In this document: piece by piece, positions 47,993 through 58,017 of the stretch
Layout: each line of letters begins with the position of its first letter
Numbering within the stretch: the first letter of the stretch is position 1
DNA from: Acidimicrobiia bacterium
GTDB taxonomy: Bacteria; Actinomycetota; Acidimicrobiia; Spongiisociales; ZC4RG35
NCBI GenBank assembly: GCA_041746105.1
Contig: JBGTHP010000002.1
Location: 348-64,347 of the forward strand
Length of the DNA stretch: 64,000 bases
Direction of reading: 5' to 3'
Notes under the pieces: model-generated
The model's database searches: none
Seen by the model: only the letters and a program-made list of their open reading frames with translations
Told to the model about the DNA's origin: nothing
Position numbers and translations under genes: made by a program

Positions 47993-48388
47993 TCAGTTCA
48001 CGGTTCGAGCGCGAACCATGATGCAGGCGTGTGCCAGAAAAGTGTTCCCGGACGCTTCTAGAGCGGAAACGGATTTTGCATCCTCTGACCCTGGTTGAAG
48101 CCAGAAGTTGTCAAGGCCGAGTCGTTGCGCTTCCTGGATAACTTTCAGGGTTTGATCGGGGGGCACGACAAAGTCGATGATGGTTGGTCGTGTGGGCAGC
48201 GAGGCAAGGTTGGGGTAACACACATCTCCGTCAACCGTGGCTCGGTTGGGATTGACCGGCACAAGGTTGAATCCCTTCGACTTCAGATCCCGATAGATGA
48301 TGCTCCCGTACTTGTAGGGGCTGTCGGTGGCTCCGACCACGGCGATCAAATGGTCGGCCTCGTACAACAAAGGTGTCAGGTCGGTCAT
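47993..48388 (-). CDS. CoA-binding domain protein (YccU-like)
   Basis: IAVVGATDSPYKYGSII...GF.L.PVNP motif. Start at MTDLTP. Confidence 0.6.
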   Translation of the reverse strand: MTDLTPLLYEADHLIAVVGATDSPYKYGSIIYRDLKSKGFNLVPVNPNRATVDGDVCYPNLASLPTRPTIIDFVVPPDQTLKVIQEAQRLGLDNFWLQPGSEDAKSVSALEASGNTFLAHACIMVRARTVN

Positions 48389-49056
48389 CACTGGTGCTCC
48401 AGACCGTGAACAAACTCGTTCAGATTTGGTCCTCGCCAACCGGGTGTGGAAGTCTTGATGCTCCAAACCGCTCCCGGGCGGTCGAGGAAGGCACCGGCCA
48501 TTCCGACGGTTTGTGCACCATGAACGTCCCAGTCGTGGGCGGCCACCATGACGGCTTCGTCTGGCCCGATTCCGAGGTGGTCGAGCGCCATCGTGTACGG
48601 CTCGGCCGACGGCTTGAACTTCCGAACTGTTTCCACACTCAAGGCCGCCTCGAAGTGTTGCGTGATGCCGGCGTTCTCGAGTTGCCGGCCCGCGACGTCA
48701 ATGGAACTGTTCGTGAGAGTGATCATGCGGTAGCCCAAGGCGGTCAGCCGTTGGAGCGCGGATGGGACGTCCGGATGAGGCGGGAGCGATTTCATCATCG
48801 CGACCACTCTCTCCGCTTGGCCGCTCTCGAGTTCGACGTGCCGTTTCTTGGCAAGCGCCTCCAATGCCTCGACCCCGATTTCGCCGAAGGAGCGATAGCT
48901 GTCGGTCAGATTGGCCACGAGCGAGCCGTGAAGCATCCGGGCGAACCATTCCCCGAGAGGCGCCGATGGTCCAAATATCCCTTCGAATGGGGACCGCAAC
49001 GCCGATAGGTCGAGCAACGTTTCGTTGACATCGAAAACGATCACTGGTGGTGCCAT
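48388..49056 (-). CDS. haloacid dehalogenase type II / HAD hydrolase (second paralog)
   Basis: VIVFDVNETLLDL motif I. Overlaps the downstream CoA-binding gene. Confidence 0.65.
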   Translation of the reverse strand: MAPPVIVFDVNETLLDLSALRSPFEGIFGPSAPLGEWFARMLHGSLVANLTDSYRSFGEIGVEALEALAKKRHVELESGQAERVVAMMKSLPPHPDVPSALQRLTALGYRMITLTNSSIDVAGRQLENAGITQHFEAALSVETVRKFKPSAEPYTMALDHLGIGPDEAVMVAAHDWDVHGAQTVGMAGAFLDRPGAVWSIKTSTPGWRGPNLNEFVHGLEHQ

Positions 49057-49181
49057 ATCAATCAGAACCTCTTGTGCGGTGCCAGTATTTCGCCGTTTCG
49101 GCGAAAACCCCGGTTTGCCGGGGTCGGAGCAAATTCAGAAGGTACCTTGTTGCAGGCAGCGCTTTCTCAGGGACTTCTCCT

Positions 49182-52100
49182 ATGACGCGTAGGGTACGGT
49201 TGATCGCGGTCGCCGCAGTCATGGCTTTGGTCTCTGCTGCCTGCACGCAGGCATCGGTCGACTCGAATCCAGCGGGTGCGACTGTTGCAACCAACTTCGA
49301 TCCTGCGGTGCGCAATCCTCCGCCACCCGCTCCGATCGCGGCGGTATTGCGTCAGCCGGGTGCCGCAGGGACCGCTTTCACAGGATCGCCAACACCGCTC
49401 GGCGCCTACGTGTGGTCCGAGGCCGAACTGGCAAGAGTTGAGATCTGGGCTGACGGCGACTTGGTCGAAGCTATCAACCTCGAGGTCGCTACGACCGAGG
49501 CGCGGTTCGGGATCGAGTGGGTCCCTCCTGCTTCAGGGACTTATGCCTTGGTAGCGCGGGGTATAGATGTAGTCGGGCGCACCGCGACCTCATTCCCGCT
49601 TTGGGCGAGAGTTTCCGACCTTCCCGAATCGGCGCCGACCGCGGCGGCCGCGCTCGGGCGACTGGCCGCTCCGCGCTCGGCGCCACCGTTCAGGGTTCTG
49701 GCCGCCCAAACGGTGGCCCCGGCACCGCTCGGGCTGCTTCCCTATTCGCCGCCTCCGCCCGCCGTCGTGATCGATGGAGACGATTGCACCGCCACCCTCA
49801 CGGTGGCTGCGATATCGGATGCTGCCGGCACTGCGGTGTACGCCTCTGTTTTCGGATCCGCTGGATTTGTTCCGGCCGGATTGGTAGCACCCGATGGGGG
49901 TGAGGTGACAGTGCCTCTGGGCGCCTCCCCTGTTGCCCTGTACTTGGAGGCTTTTGACGCCTCGATCTCCGCTCCTTCTCCTCCCCTGGTGATTGCTCCA
50001 CCAAACCCATGCGTGGAGAGAGGGTGGACCGGTGACCTCGTTCTCAAGAACGGCGTGCTCGGCAATAACAAGGGAGCCGATAGGGCCTACCTATTTGTCA
50101 GCCGAGACGGGGGCGAGATCTGGGATCGTGCCCCTTCCGACGATCGGACGTTTGTTTTGCCGAATGCGAAAGGAGATCTCGAATTCGGGCCGGTGTTGCC
50201 GCCGAATCTTCCCGGCGCAACTGTGATGTTCGAGGCCTGGGGGTGGGTCAACGATGATCTGATGCCTCTGGGGCGAGGTTCCTATGCGACGCCGGTGCCA
50301 GGTTTTGGTGATCTGATCGCAGCTCCCCACAACGGGCCTCTGCTGGCAGATTCAGGGCTGGATTGGGTGCTGGGGGCAAACGCCGGGCCCCCACTGGTGC
50401 GAGAAGGCACCATCTGCACCTACCCACCCACCGCGGGCGCGGCAACATCCGGTCCCACTACCCCTGTCAGTGTGGTGGGCGGCAACGCCGCCACCACAAC
50501 CACCTCAGGACCGGTAATCGCCACGTACCCCGATGGTTGCACCAACGCTCCTCTGGGCAACTACTCGAAGGTTTTCAGGTGGACGCCGATCTCACCTTTG
50601 TTTGACGAGGGATTGCTCCAGGTGAGCACCGTTCCTCCTCCTTCCAGTGCCGGGCTGTCCTTTCCCGGAATGGTGTTGACCCAGGCAGTCATGAAGGCCG
50701 CCGGCACAAGTGTCGATTTCGAGGTGGATATTCCCTCGATTCTCAATCCACCACCGTCCCAAGCCGTTCTCACCAGCCCTGAGAACCTCACGTTCCAGAC
50801 GATCAAGGAGTTGGCCGGGAATGCTCGCCGCGGCATAGCGGCCTTCGTTCCACCCCCGAAGCTCGAACTAGGCCCGCCCGACACCTTGTACCTTCGGGTG
50901 GTCCCCACCAAGAACGCGGTGCCGCTACCCGGAGTGTCCAACTGGGTTGTGATCCATCTCGATCACCAACAGGCCGGGGCCCTAAAGAAGCCGGATCCGA
51001 TCCCGGGGCTGTCGGTGACCGTCCAGATGACTCCGCCCCGCGCTCCCAACCCGGCCTACCAATACTGCGTCAGAGTGCTCGAAAACCCGTGGGGATCGAA
51101 GAATCTGCCGCCGTCGCAAACGGCGTTGTGGTTCGCCATAAAGGGCGAGCCCGTTCCTTTGAACATGTACCCGGAGACCTATTACCAGTCGTTCGAGGCG
51201 ACTGCCTTCGTCTTCGAGAATGGCGCGAAAGTCCAGAAGGGAATGGTTCCCGGAGCCACTGTCTGTGCGTTCAAGCCGTCACCACCTGACAAGGATTGGT
51301 GGGATTATGTCGTCGACGCCGTCAACTTTGTTGCGTTCGTGTGGGACACCTACTCCTACTTGTGGGACATGCTCAAAGAAAAGGTGGCCGAGGTTCTGGC
51401 TGTGGTCTCCGGGTGTCGAGCCCTGGCAGAGGCGGCCGGGGCGAGCGAGGACGACGCCCACAAGTACTGCGTTGCAGCCAGCATCCAGGTGATCAACTAC
51501 GGACTCACCGCGGTCGGGCTACCGCCTTCGATACCCAAAGTGTCGGAATTGATGGAGTCGGCCAAGGGGGACCTGGCCGATTACGTGGTGGCGTTTGGTG
51601 CCCAATCGGGTTTCTTGGACTGCGGTGAAACGCTCCAGTCCCAGTGTGAGGAGTGGGCCAAAGAATTGGTGAAACAACTCATCGACAAAATCCATGAGCA
51701 GGCTTCGAAGTCAGCGATTCAAGCCGTTGCCAACTCCGGGTTTGTGTTGGCCGTCCATCCCGGGATACGAGTCATCCCTGAACCCGCAGGGACCCTGTCG
51801 CCCGCCACTTTCGACATCGTGCTGACCCGAAGCGCCGACCCGAATGCCGCTCCTCCGCCCACCTCGTGCAAACTCACGGGTTTCGTCCACGGGACCAAGG
51901 CTCATTTCGAATGGTGGGACTATCCAAAACAGAAATGGGTGACTGGCCCCGTGTTCTTTCTCAACATGATGTTGCCGGTAAACAAAACCGTCGACTTGAG
52001 CGAATTGAAGCCCGGCGAGAGCATTCGTGTCTATATCACCTTGGACAAACTGAACGCTTGGTATCCGCCCGGTCAGCACCCCGGGCTCAACAACGTCCCC

Positions 52101-52271
52101 TGGAATATCAAACCGGTGACCTGGATCTTCTTCAACTCCTGGGGGACCCAGAGTCCGACCGTCAAGCAGGCAAAAACCTCATCGGAGATGGTGCTTTCGG
52201 GGTGCGGTTTCTCGGCAAGCCAGGTATTTGACCAGGATGCCGTCCCGACCGAGCCGTGGGAGATCCCATGA
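49182..52271 (+). CDS. large lipoprotein of unknown function (~1030 aa) with N-terminal Ig-like module
   Basis: Lipobox LVSAAC after a positively charged N-terminus. Shares its N-terminal module (RVEIWADGDLV...WVPPASGTYAL.ARG.D) with the downstream protein. No recognisable catalytic motifs. Confidence 0.6.
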   Translation: MTRRVRLIAVAAVMALVSAACTQASVDSNPAGATVATNFDPAVRNPPPPAPIAAVLRQPGAAGTAFTGSPTPLGAYVWSEAELARVEIWADGDLVEAINLEVATTEARFGIEWVPPASGTYALVARGIDVVGRTATSFPLWARVSDLPESAPTAAAALGRLAAPRSAPPFRVLAAQTVAPAPLGLLPYSPPPPAVVIDGDDCTATLTVAAISDAAGTAVYASVFGSAGFVPAGLVAPDGGEVTVPLGASPVALYLEAFDASISAPSPPLVIAPPNPCVERGWTGDLVLKNGVLGNNKGADRAYLFVSRDGGEIWDRAPSDDRTFVLPNAKGDLEFGPVLPPNLPGATVMFEAWGWVNDDLMPLGRGSYATPVPGFGDLIAAPHNGPLLADSGLDWVLGANAGPPLVREGTICTYPPTAGAATSGPTTPVSVVGGNAATTTTSGPVIATYPDGCTNAPLGNYSKVFRWTPISPLFDEGLLQVSTVPPPSSAGLSFPGMVLTQAVMKAAGTSVDFEVDIPSILNPPPSQAVLTSPENLTFQTIKELAGNARRGIAAFVPPPKLELGPPDTLYLRVVPTKNAVPLPGVSNWVVIHLDHQQAGALKKPDPIPGLSVTVQMTPPRAPNPAYQYCVRVLENPWGSKNLPPSQTALWFAIKGEPVPLNMYPETYYQSFEATAFVFENGAKVQKGMVPGATVCAFKPSPPDKDWWDYVVDAVNFVAFVWDTYSYLWDMLKEKVAEVLAVVSGCRALAEAAGASEDDAHKYCVAASIQVINYGLTAVGLPPSIPKVSELMESAKGDLADYVVAFGAQSGFLDCGETLQSQCEEWAKELVKQLIDKIHEQASKSAIQAVANSGFVLAVHPGIRVIPEPAGTLSPATFDIVLTRSADPNAAPPPTSCKLTGFVHGTKAHFEWWDYPKQKWVTGPVFFLNMMLPVNKTVDLSELKPGESIRVYITLDKLNAWYPPGQHPGLNNVPWNIKPVTWIFFNSWGTQSPTVKQAKTSSEMVLSGCGFSASQVFDQDAVPTEPWEIP

Positions 52272-53089
52272 GAGGTGTCTGGCGTCATGTTGGTGCCGCC
52301 CTGGTCATGGTCTTGCTGGTTGGTACAACCACCCTTGCCGCGGCGCAAAGCGAAGCCGGTCAGGCATGGATTGACGCTCCGCTCGGATTCGAGGTCGAAA
52401 CCGTAATCCCGATCCGAGTCGTGGCCCACGCCGCAGACCCGACGGGAGTCGAGGAGATCCGCCTCGATGTGAACGGTGAGACCCTGGCCGCCAATGCCGT
52501 ATCTGGAGAAACGCTGGAGACGGCGGAGTTCCTCTGGACTCCGACGGCGTCGGGGGTTTACCTGCTCGAGGCCTTTGGGCTCGGCTCAGGGGCGTGGGGC
52601 GAGCCTGGTTCGGTAGCAGTGACGGTCGACCTTGATGACGATGCGACAGCGACGACCCAAGCCACATCTCCGAGCACCAATTCGACGACGACAGCCAGTT
52701 CATCAACGACCACATCGACACCGAGTGTCACCACCACGCCGACGACCACCTCTACCACGACGCCATCGACTACCACCACCACCGAGTGCGCTCTCGGTGT
52801 CCCAACGCCGACCGGTCCCACCGGGACGCAAGTGCTCGCCACCGTCAATCTGACCTGGGTGTACTCCGGTTGTGCCCTGCCGGAGGAGTTTGAGGTCCAG
52901 GTTTCGAAACTGTCAGATTTTGTTCGTCTGGAATGGCAGTCGGGCGTCTCAGGTCAGGATCAGTCGACGTTCGTGACCGTTCCCGACAACTGCACCACCT
53001 ATTACTGGCGTATTCGTACCTACCACCTGGGCATCTTTGGGATGTGGTCGAACACTGCCAGCTTCCTCTATCAGGGCGGCAGATGCTGA
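52268..53089 (+). CDS. secreted Ig-like/Thr-rich linker/Cys-containing C-terminal domain protein
   Basis: Signal peptide, then an Ig-like module paralogous to the large lipoprotein's N-terminus, then a ~60-aa Ser/Thr/Pro linker, then a Cys-bearing C-terminal domain. ATGA overlap with the upstream gene. Confidence 0.55.
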   Translation: MRGVWRHVGAALVMVLLVGTTTLAAAQSEAGQAWIDAPLGFEVETVIPIRVVAHAADPTGVEEIRLDVNGETLAANAVSGETLETAEFLWTPTASGVYLLEAFGLGSGAWGEPGSVAVTVDLDDDATATTQATSPSTNSTTTASSSTTTSTPSVTTTPTTTSTTTPSTTTTTECALGVPTPTGPTGTQVLATVNLTWVYSGCALPEEFEVQVSKLSDFVRLEWQSGVSGQDQSTFVTVPDNCTTYYWRIRTYHLGIFGMWSNTASFLYQGGRC

Positions 53090-53131
53090 GAACCGCCGGC
53101 GACGCCCGCTTGGCGAGACTCCGCCGGTCGA

Positions 53132-55293
53132 TCACTTCGAGTTGGAAGTGATCACGGCGCCGGCAAACGTCTCGGTGCCGCTCTTGATCCGTTCGTGCCA
53201 TTGCACGGTCTGCCACGGCTCCCACATGTAGCCGGCTGTCTCGAAAACCTCACCATCCAGTGCCAAGGTGATGCGAATCCGTTCGACGGTGTGGGTGTCG
53301 ATTGACCGGTCGTTGTTGATGACATACGCCTGCAGCGAGGACGGGTCGGAGAACCCGATCGCCTGATGCGGGAGTCGAATCTCGATGACGTTGCCCTCCG
53401 AATACCAGGTGGCCCGAGAATCGAATCCGGCGGCTTCCGGGTTCGATTTGCCGAACGTCATCTCTCCCGGGGCTCCGACCTCGGCCGGTAGAGTTTCTCC
53501 GGTCTCCGGGATGAATTGCGGACGGTCGAGGAGGAGGCGCTGAACGTTCCAGACACCGCTTCCTTCTTCGTAGTCCGCCGGCTCAACTGCTTCGTAATCT
53601 CGAAGGAGTGCGTAGTGGAGGCCATAGGGGTCGTTCGACGCCCTGACCATGATCTTGCCGTCGACCGTGTTGGGCCCCAGCGTCACGGCATAGTCGGATT
53701 CGGGGAAGGCTCCGTCTGTCTCGGGCAGGCCGCCGCTGGATCCCGGCAGGAGATCGATCCCGATCACCAGTGGCGAGTTTCGCCACGGCTCGACCTGATC
53801 TGTGCGTATCCGGAGATATAGATAACTCTCGTCTTTGACTGCCCGTACCTCGCGGATCTGACCGGACCCTTCGAAGACGACCTGGGATCCGTTTTCAATC
53901 CACTCTCGATCATCCCCGTCCAGGGTCGCGACCGCGGACGGTCCTGCATCGGCGGCGACGATTCCAAAATGAGCCTCGTTGGTCCATTGGTTGTTCCACA
54001 GCGACCGGCGATCCCATGGGATCTCGTAGTCGACCGTGTTCCATGTGAACTTGAACCACTCGTCAATCCATTGGAACAGGAACGCTCCAGATAGCCCAAC
54101 TTCTCTTATGGCGTCGAGAAGGTCGGCGTTGATCTTCATCTGTTCGGGTTCGGAGTGCCCGCGCTGGTCTCTACCTTGGGGCCCATAGTGGGCTGAGGCC
54201 ATCGAAGACGGAACGCCGAACTCGGTGATGACCACCGGGATCGCCGAGTGATGGGCTTTCAGCTTGGTGAGGTACCCGGCTAGTTGTCTGGTTCGCCTCG
54301 GTGGAGAAAACCCGCCACACCATCCTCGTATCGCTGAAAATCTGGGTAGTAGGGATAAGCGTGGTAGCTGGCGTAGAAACCGCCTGCCCATTCCGAGGTT
54401 GGCGCAACGTGGTTGTGATCGATGTCAACCATGTCCTCCACATCGAGCAGTTCGTCGGGATGCCGGAGCGGATCGGTTGTCGGCCAGTTGACAAAAGTCA
54501 GTGGCATCGTCACTCCACGATCCGATTCCAACGTTGCCAGGTGGTCGAGCATTTCGGCCAGCCACGCCTCGGTTGGGGTGATCTCGCCCGACGTGTTGGA
54601 GAAGAACTTGCCGGCATAGGGCTCCCTGCCTGCGTTTTTCTCATCCGATTCGAAAGTGGCGTGGGGGTCCCACTCCACTCCGATCGCCCACGACATCAAC
54701 CAGGGTGAGATGTCGGCATCGTACGTGCCGCCGGCGTGGCCACGTCGCTCAGGGAGGACGATGTCTCCATGAGCTGCCGCGACGGCTCGCTCGATTTCGA
54801 GCTTGAACTCGGTGACGACCTCGGTGTCGTACAGGTTCGTGGTCGCGTAGAACCTCTCCTCGGGGATCCAAACGCCATGAATGATCAGTAGCGTCCTGGT
54901 CGGGTTCTCCAGGTTGAACGCGCGGAGTTCCTGATAAAAGTGCGGCGGCATGATCGTATAGATGCGGATGGCCTGGATCCCCAGGTCGCGCATCTGGGGG
55001 AACCATCGTCTGAAGTCCTCCGCGCGAACGGCTTGTTCTGCAGGAAACGAACCGGGAATGGTCGATCCGAGATTCACTCCTGCGATGAAGTCCCGCGGTC
55101 CGTCGCCTGTATTGATGACGAGTTTGCTGCCATCGGTCCACGCGAACATCGAAGCCGATCCCTTGGTGACTGGGTCAGGCGACCAATCGCCTACAACGGA
55201 CGAGTCCACCAGGGGTGCGGCCGGTCCCCCGAAGTCTCCGCCGCACGAGGTGAGCACGAGTATGAATATTGTCGCTGCTGCCAGACGCCGCAC
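53132..55293 (-). pseudogene. TIM-barrel glycoside hydrolase, lipoprotein, split by a frameshift near 54300
   Basis: N-terminal ORF (54280-55293, GTG start, signal LAAATIFILVLTSCGG) and C-terminal ORF (53132-54391, contains the ITEFG catalytic nucleophile) overlap in different frames around a GGGTTTT run. Confidence 0.5.
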
Positions 55294-55333
55294 GATGGGT
55301 CTGTCGGCCGGAATCGACCCGGCTTGAGCTTGC

Positions 55334-56584
55334 TCAGGCGGAGGTCGCCGTTGCCAGCTCGTGTGGGAGCTGGCGTGGACGCATGAGGCCGACCTCGAAA
55401 CACGCACCACCCGATTTGGAGGGACGGTAGGTGACGGTGCCTCCCATCGCCTCTACCAACCGTTTCACGATCGGCAGTCCCAGCCCGTATCCGCTCGAAA
55501 CCGAGCGTTCGTCAGCCCTGGTGAATTCGTTGAACATCTCGTCGACGTGGTCTTCTGGAACGCCCCGTCCGTTGTCGCTGACGGCGATTCGAACTGTTTC
55601 CTCATCGTTCTGTGCAGCGATCACGATCTGATTGCCGCCGTACTTGACGGCGTTCTCGAACAGGTTGCGCAGAATTTGGACCAATCGGTGCGGGTTGGCC
55701 ACAACCCTGATGTCCGCTGGAATCTCGAGCTTGACCGTGTGTTTGTCAGCCACCATCTTGAGCATGCTCTCGACCGTTCCCAGGAGTTCGATCGGTGAAC
55801 TCTCGACCTTGAGGGCTCCGGCCTCCGATCGCATGAAAACCAGAAAGTCGTCGGCGAGCGCGGACAGATGCTCGGCCTGGAACGCGATCGTGTGGATGAA
55901 CTCTGCCGTTTCGGCCTCGCTCAACGATTCTCTTTCGGTTTCGAGGAGTTCGGCGAAGCCGCGAATCGTTGTCAGCGGAGTCCTCAATTCGTGACTCATC
56001 ATGGCGATGGTCCGCTGTTTGAACTCTGTCGCGTGGGTTTCGGCATTGGCCGCGGCAGCCAGTTGGATCGACGCCGATGTCAGCCGGTAACTCAGCGGGA
56101 GGATCAGTGCCGGGAGAAGGCCCAAACCGAGCCAGACGGCGATCTGACCCAGCATGGGGTGGTCGCCGACGGCGCTTCCCGGGATCGGCGGGATGACGTC
56201 GTTCATGTAGGCGCCAAGCGCGGCCGCCCCGATGCCGACACTGAATACCGCCTTCTTCAGCGGCAGCACCAGCAGGGTCGCCGCCATCACTCCGCCGACG
56301 AGAGGCGTAAGATAGAAAGGCGAGATTCCGAGCGAGGTGCCGACGATCGGAGGTATCAGGACGTCGATCACACTGTCGGCCAACCGCAGATTCGGCGCTC
56401 TCAGCCCCCGAATACCGAGCAGGCCTCGCACCACCAAGAAGATCAGCATCAACAACCCGACCGTGGATTCGGCTCCGCCCGCCAGACCAAGCAGAAGCGC
56501 CGTGAGCGGCTGGACGATTATCCTGGCCCAGGCAATTATTCGAACGGTGTCTCGGTTGGCGGCGCGCGGCGGCTCAGCGCTCAT
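55334..56584 (-). CDS. sensor histidine kinase with polytopic N-terminal membrane domain
   Basis: H-box MSHELRTPLTTIRGF, N-box LRNLFENAVKYG, and G-boxes. No adjacent response regulator. Confidence 0.75.
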   Translation of the reverse strand: MSAEPPRAANRDTVRIIAWARIIVQPLTALLLGLAGGAESTVGLLMLIFLVVRGLLGIRGLRAPNLRLADSVIDVLIPPIVGTSLGISPFYLTPLVGGVMAATLLVLPLKKAVFSVGIGAAALGAYMNDVIPPIPGSAVGDHPMLGQIAVWLGLGLLPALILPLSYRLTSASIQLAAAANAETHATEFKQRTIAMMSHELRTPLTTIRGFAELLETERESLSEAETAEFIHTIAFQAEHLSALADDFLVFMRSEAGALKVESSPIELLGTVESMLKMVADKHTVKLEIPADIRVVANPHRLVQILRNLFENAVKYGGNQIVIAAQNDEETVRIAVSDNGRGVPEDHVDEMFNEFTRADERSVSSGYGLGLPIVKRLVEAMGGTVTYRPSKSGGACFEVGLMRPRQLPHELATATSA

Positions 56585-56667
56585 GGGTTCTATGTCGGCA
56601 CCCTGGGCCCTCGGCTCAAGGCTTCCACAGACCCATCCGTTCGGGTGACCCGCTCCGTATAGACACC

Positions 56668-57441
56668 ATGCATTCAACATCTCAAAGACCGTTCACGCTC
56701 GAGCATGGAAAGAAGCTGCGCCGTCTCAACCTGACGATGGTGGTCTTTCACGCAATCCAGGCGGTCGCGGTTCTGGCGCTGGCCAACGGCTTCTCTCTGC
56801 CCGTGACAGGTTCTTTCCTCGAAGGCCCGCCTGGAACCCCGCCCTCCGCTCCTACAACTCTTTTTGATGTCTCGATCGGAACCGGCGTCGCCGCTTTCCT
56901 GATTTTGTCGGCTCTTTTTCACCTCGTGGTCAGCGTTCCACCGTTCTCCGACCGTTATCAGGCAGGTGTATCGGATGGTCGCAACTATTTCCGGTGGGTC
57001 GAGTATTCGCTGTCCTCGTCGCTGATGGTGGTTCTGATCGCGATGATCACCGGAATCGGTGACGTCGCCGCGTTGGTGGCCCTGGCCGGGGTCAATGCGT
57101 CGATGATCTTTTTCGGGGCAGTCCAAGAGAAGTATGAAGGACCTGGAGGGTCGCTGCTGCCGTTCTGGCTGGGTTCGATCGCCGGAATCATTCCGTGGGT
57201 GGCCATCACGATCTATCTGATCTCTCCGGGTAGCCCGGCCGAGCCACCAGGTTTTGTCTACGGGATCTTCTTCTCGCTGTTCCTGTTCTTCAATGTTTTT
57301 GCCTTGAACATGTGGCTCCAGTACCGGGGCGTCGGCCGCTGGAAGGATTACCTGTTCGGGGAGAGGGTGTACGTCTGGCTCAGCCTTGGAGCCAAATCGA
57401 TACTTGCGTGGCAGGTGTTTGCCGGCACCCTCGCCGGGTGA
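56668..57441 (+). CDS. heliorhodopsin
   Basis: 257 aa and 7 TM helices. Near-identical blocks to heliorhodopsin 48C12: FRWVEYSLSSS, GVNASMI, LPFW, PGFVYGI, LFLFFN, and the TM7 retinal-Lys region LSLGAKSILAWQVF. Confidence 0.8.
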   Translation: MHSTSQRPFTLEHGKKLRRLNLTMVVFHAIQAVAVLALANGFSLPVTGSFLEGPPGTPPSAPTTLFDVSIGTGVAAFLILSALFHLVVSVPPFSDRYQAGVSDGRNYFRWVEYSLSSSLMVVLIAMITGIGDVAALVALAGVNASMIFFGAVQEKYEGPGGSLLPFWLGSIAGIIPWVAITIYLISPGSPAEPPGFVYGIFFSLFLFFNVFALNMWLQYRGVGRWKDYLFGERVYVWLSLGAKSILAWQVFAGTLAG

Positions 57442-57445
57442 AGAC

Positions 57446-57775
57446 CTACTTCTTGGGCAGGCTTTCGGCGTAGGCCACGCCCTGATCGACCCATCGATTG
57501 AATTCGGCCTCGGTCCCGAAACCGTCCGGTGTCACCACCACCCAGCCCCGCATCGGCCTTGCCGACAGGTCGAAGATGCGTGCTCCCGGTCGGGCCACCG
57601 CCTCGTCGTGAGCGTCTTTCCCTACCCTGACCATTAGCCCGTCGCGGTTGACCCCGACGGCCATGTTCCCGTTCACCATGAACGCAATGCCGCCGAACAT
57701 CTCCTTTTCACTGAGCCCGGGGTGTTGGCCGATTCTGGCGCGAATGTCGCCGGCGAGGCGCTCGTCGTATGACAT
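57446..57775 (-). CDS. TfoX/Sxy N-terminal-domain family protein
   Basis: 109 aa. GGIAFMVNGNMAVGV block typical of TfoX_N. Confidence 0.55.
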   Translation of the reverse strand: MSYDERLAGDIRARIGQHPGLSEKEMFGGIAFMVNGNMAVGVNRDGLMVRVGKDAHDEAVARPGARIFDLSARPMRGWVVVTPDGFGTEAEFNRWVDQGVAYAESLPKK

Positions 57776-58017
57776 GAAACGAGATTACGCGCGGGTTTGA
57801 AGCTCGGGGCGGAACCTTCACGGCGGTGACGGCGTCGCAACTGTGAAAGGAGAGATTCATGAAGGGCATGAGAAACCTCGACGCGTATCGAGTCACCACG
57901 GTTCGCATCCGGCCGCGCCAGTGTTGGGCCTGGCGCGCACCCACTCGAGTGCACCTCCGCGCAGCATCTTGACGGGGCTCCGAACGGGTCGCGGCGCCGA
58001 GCGTTCGGGTCAAGTGT

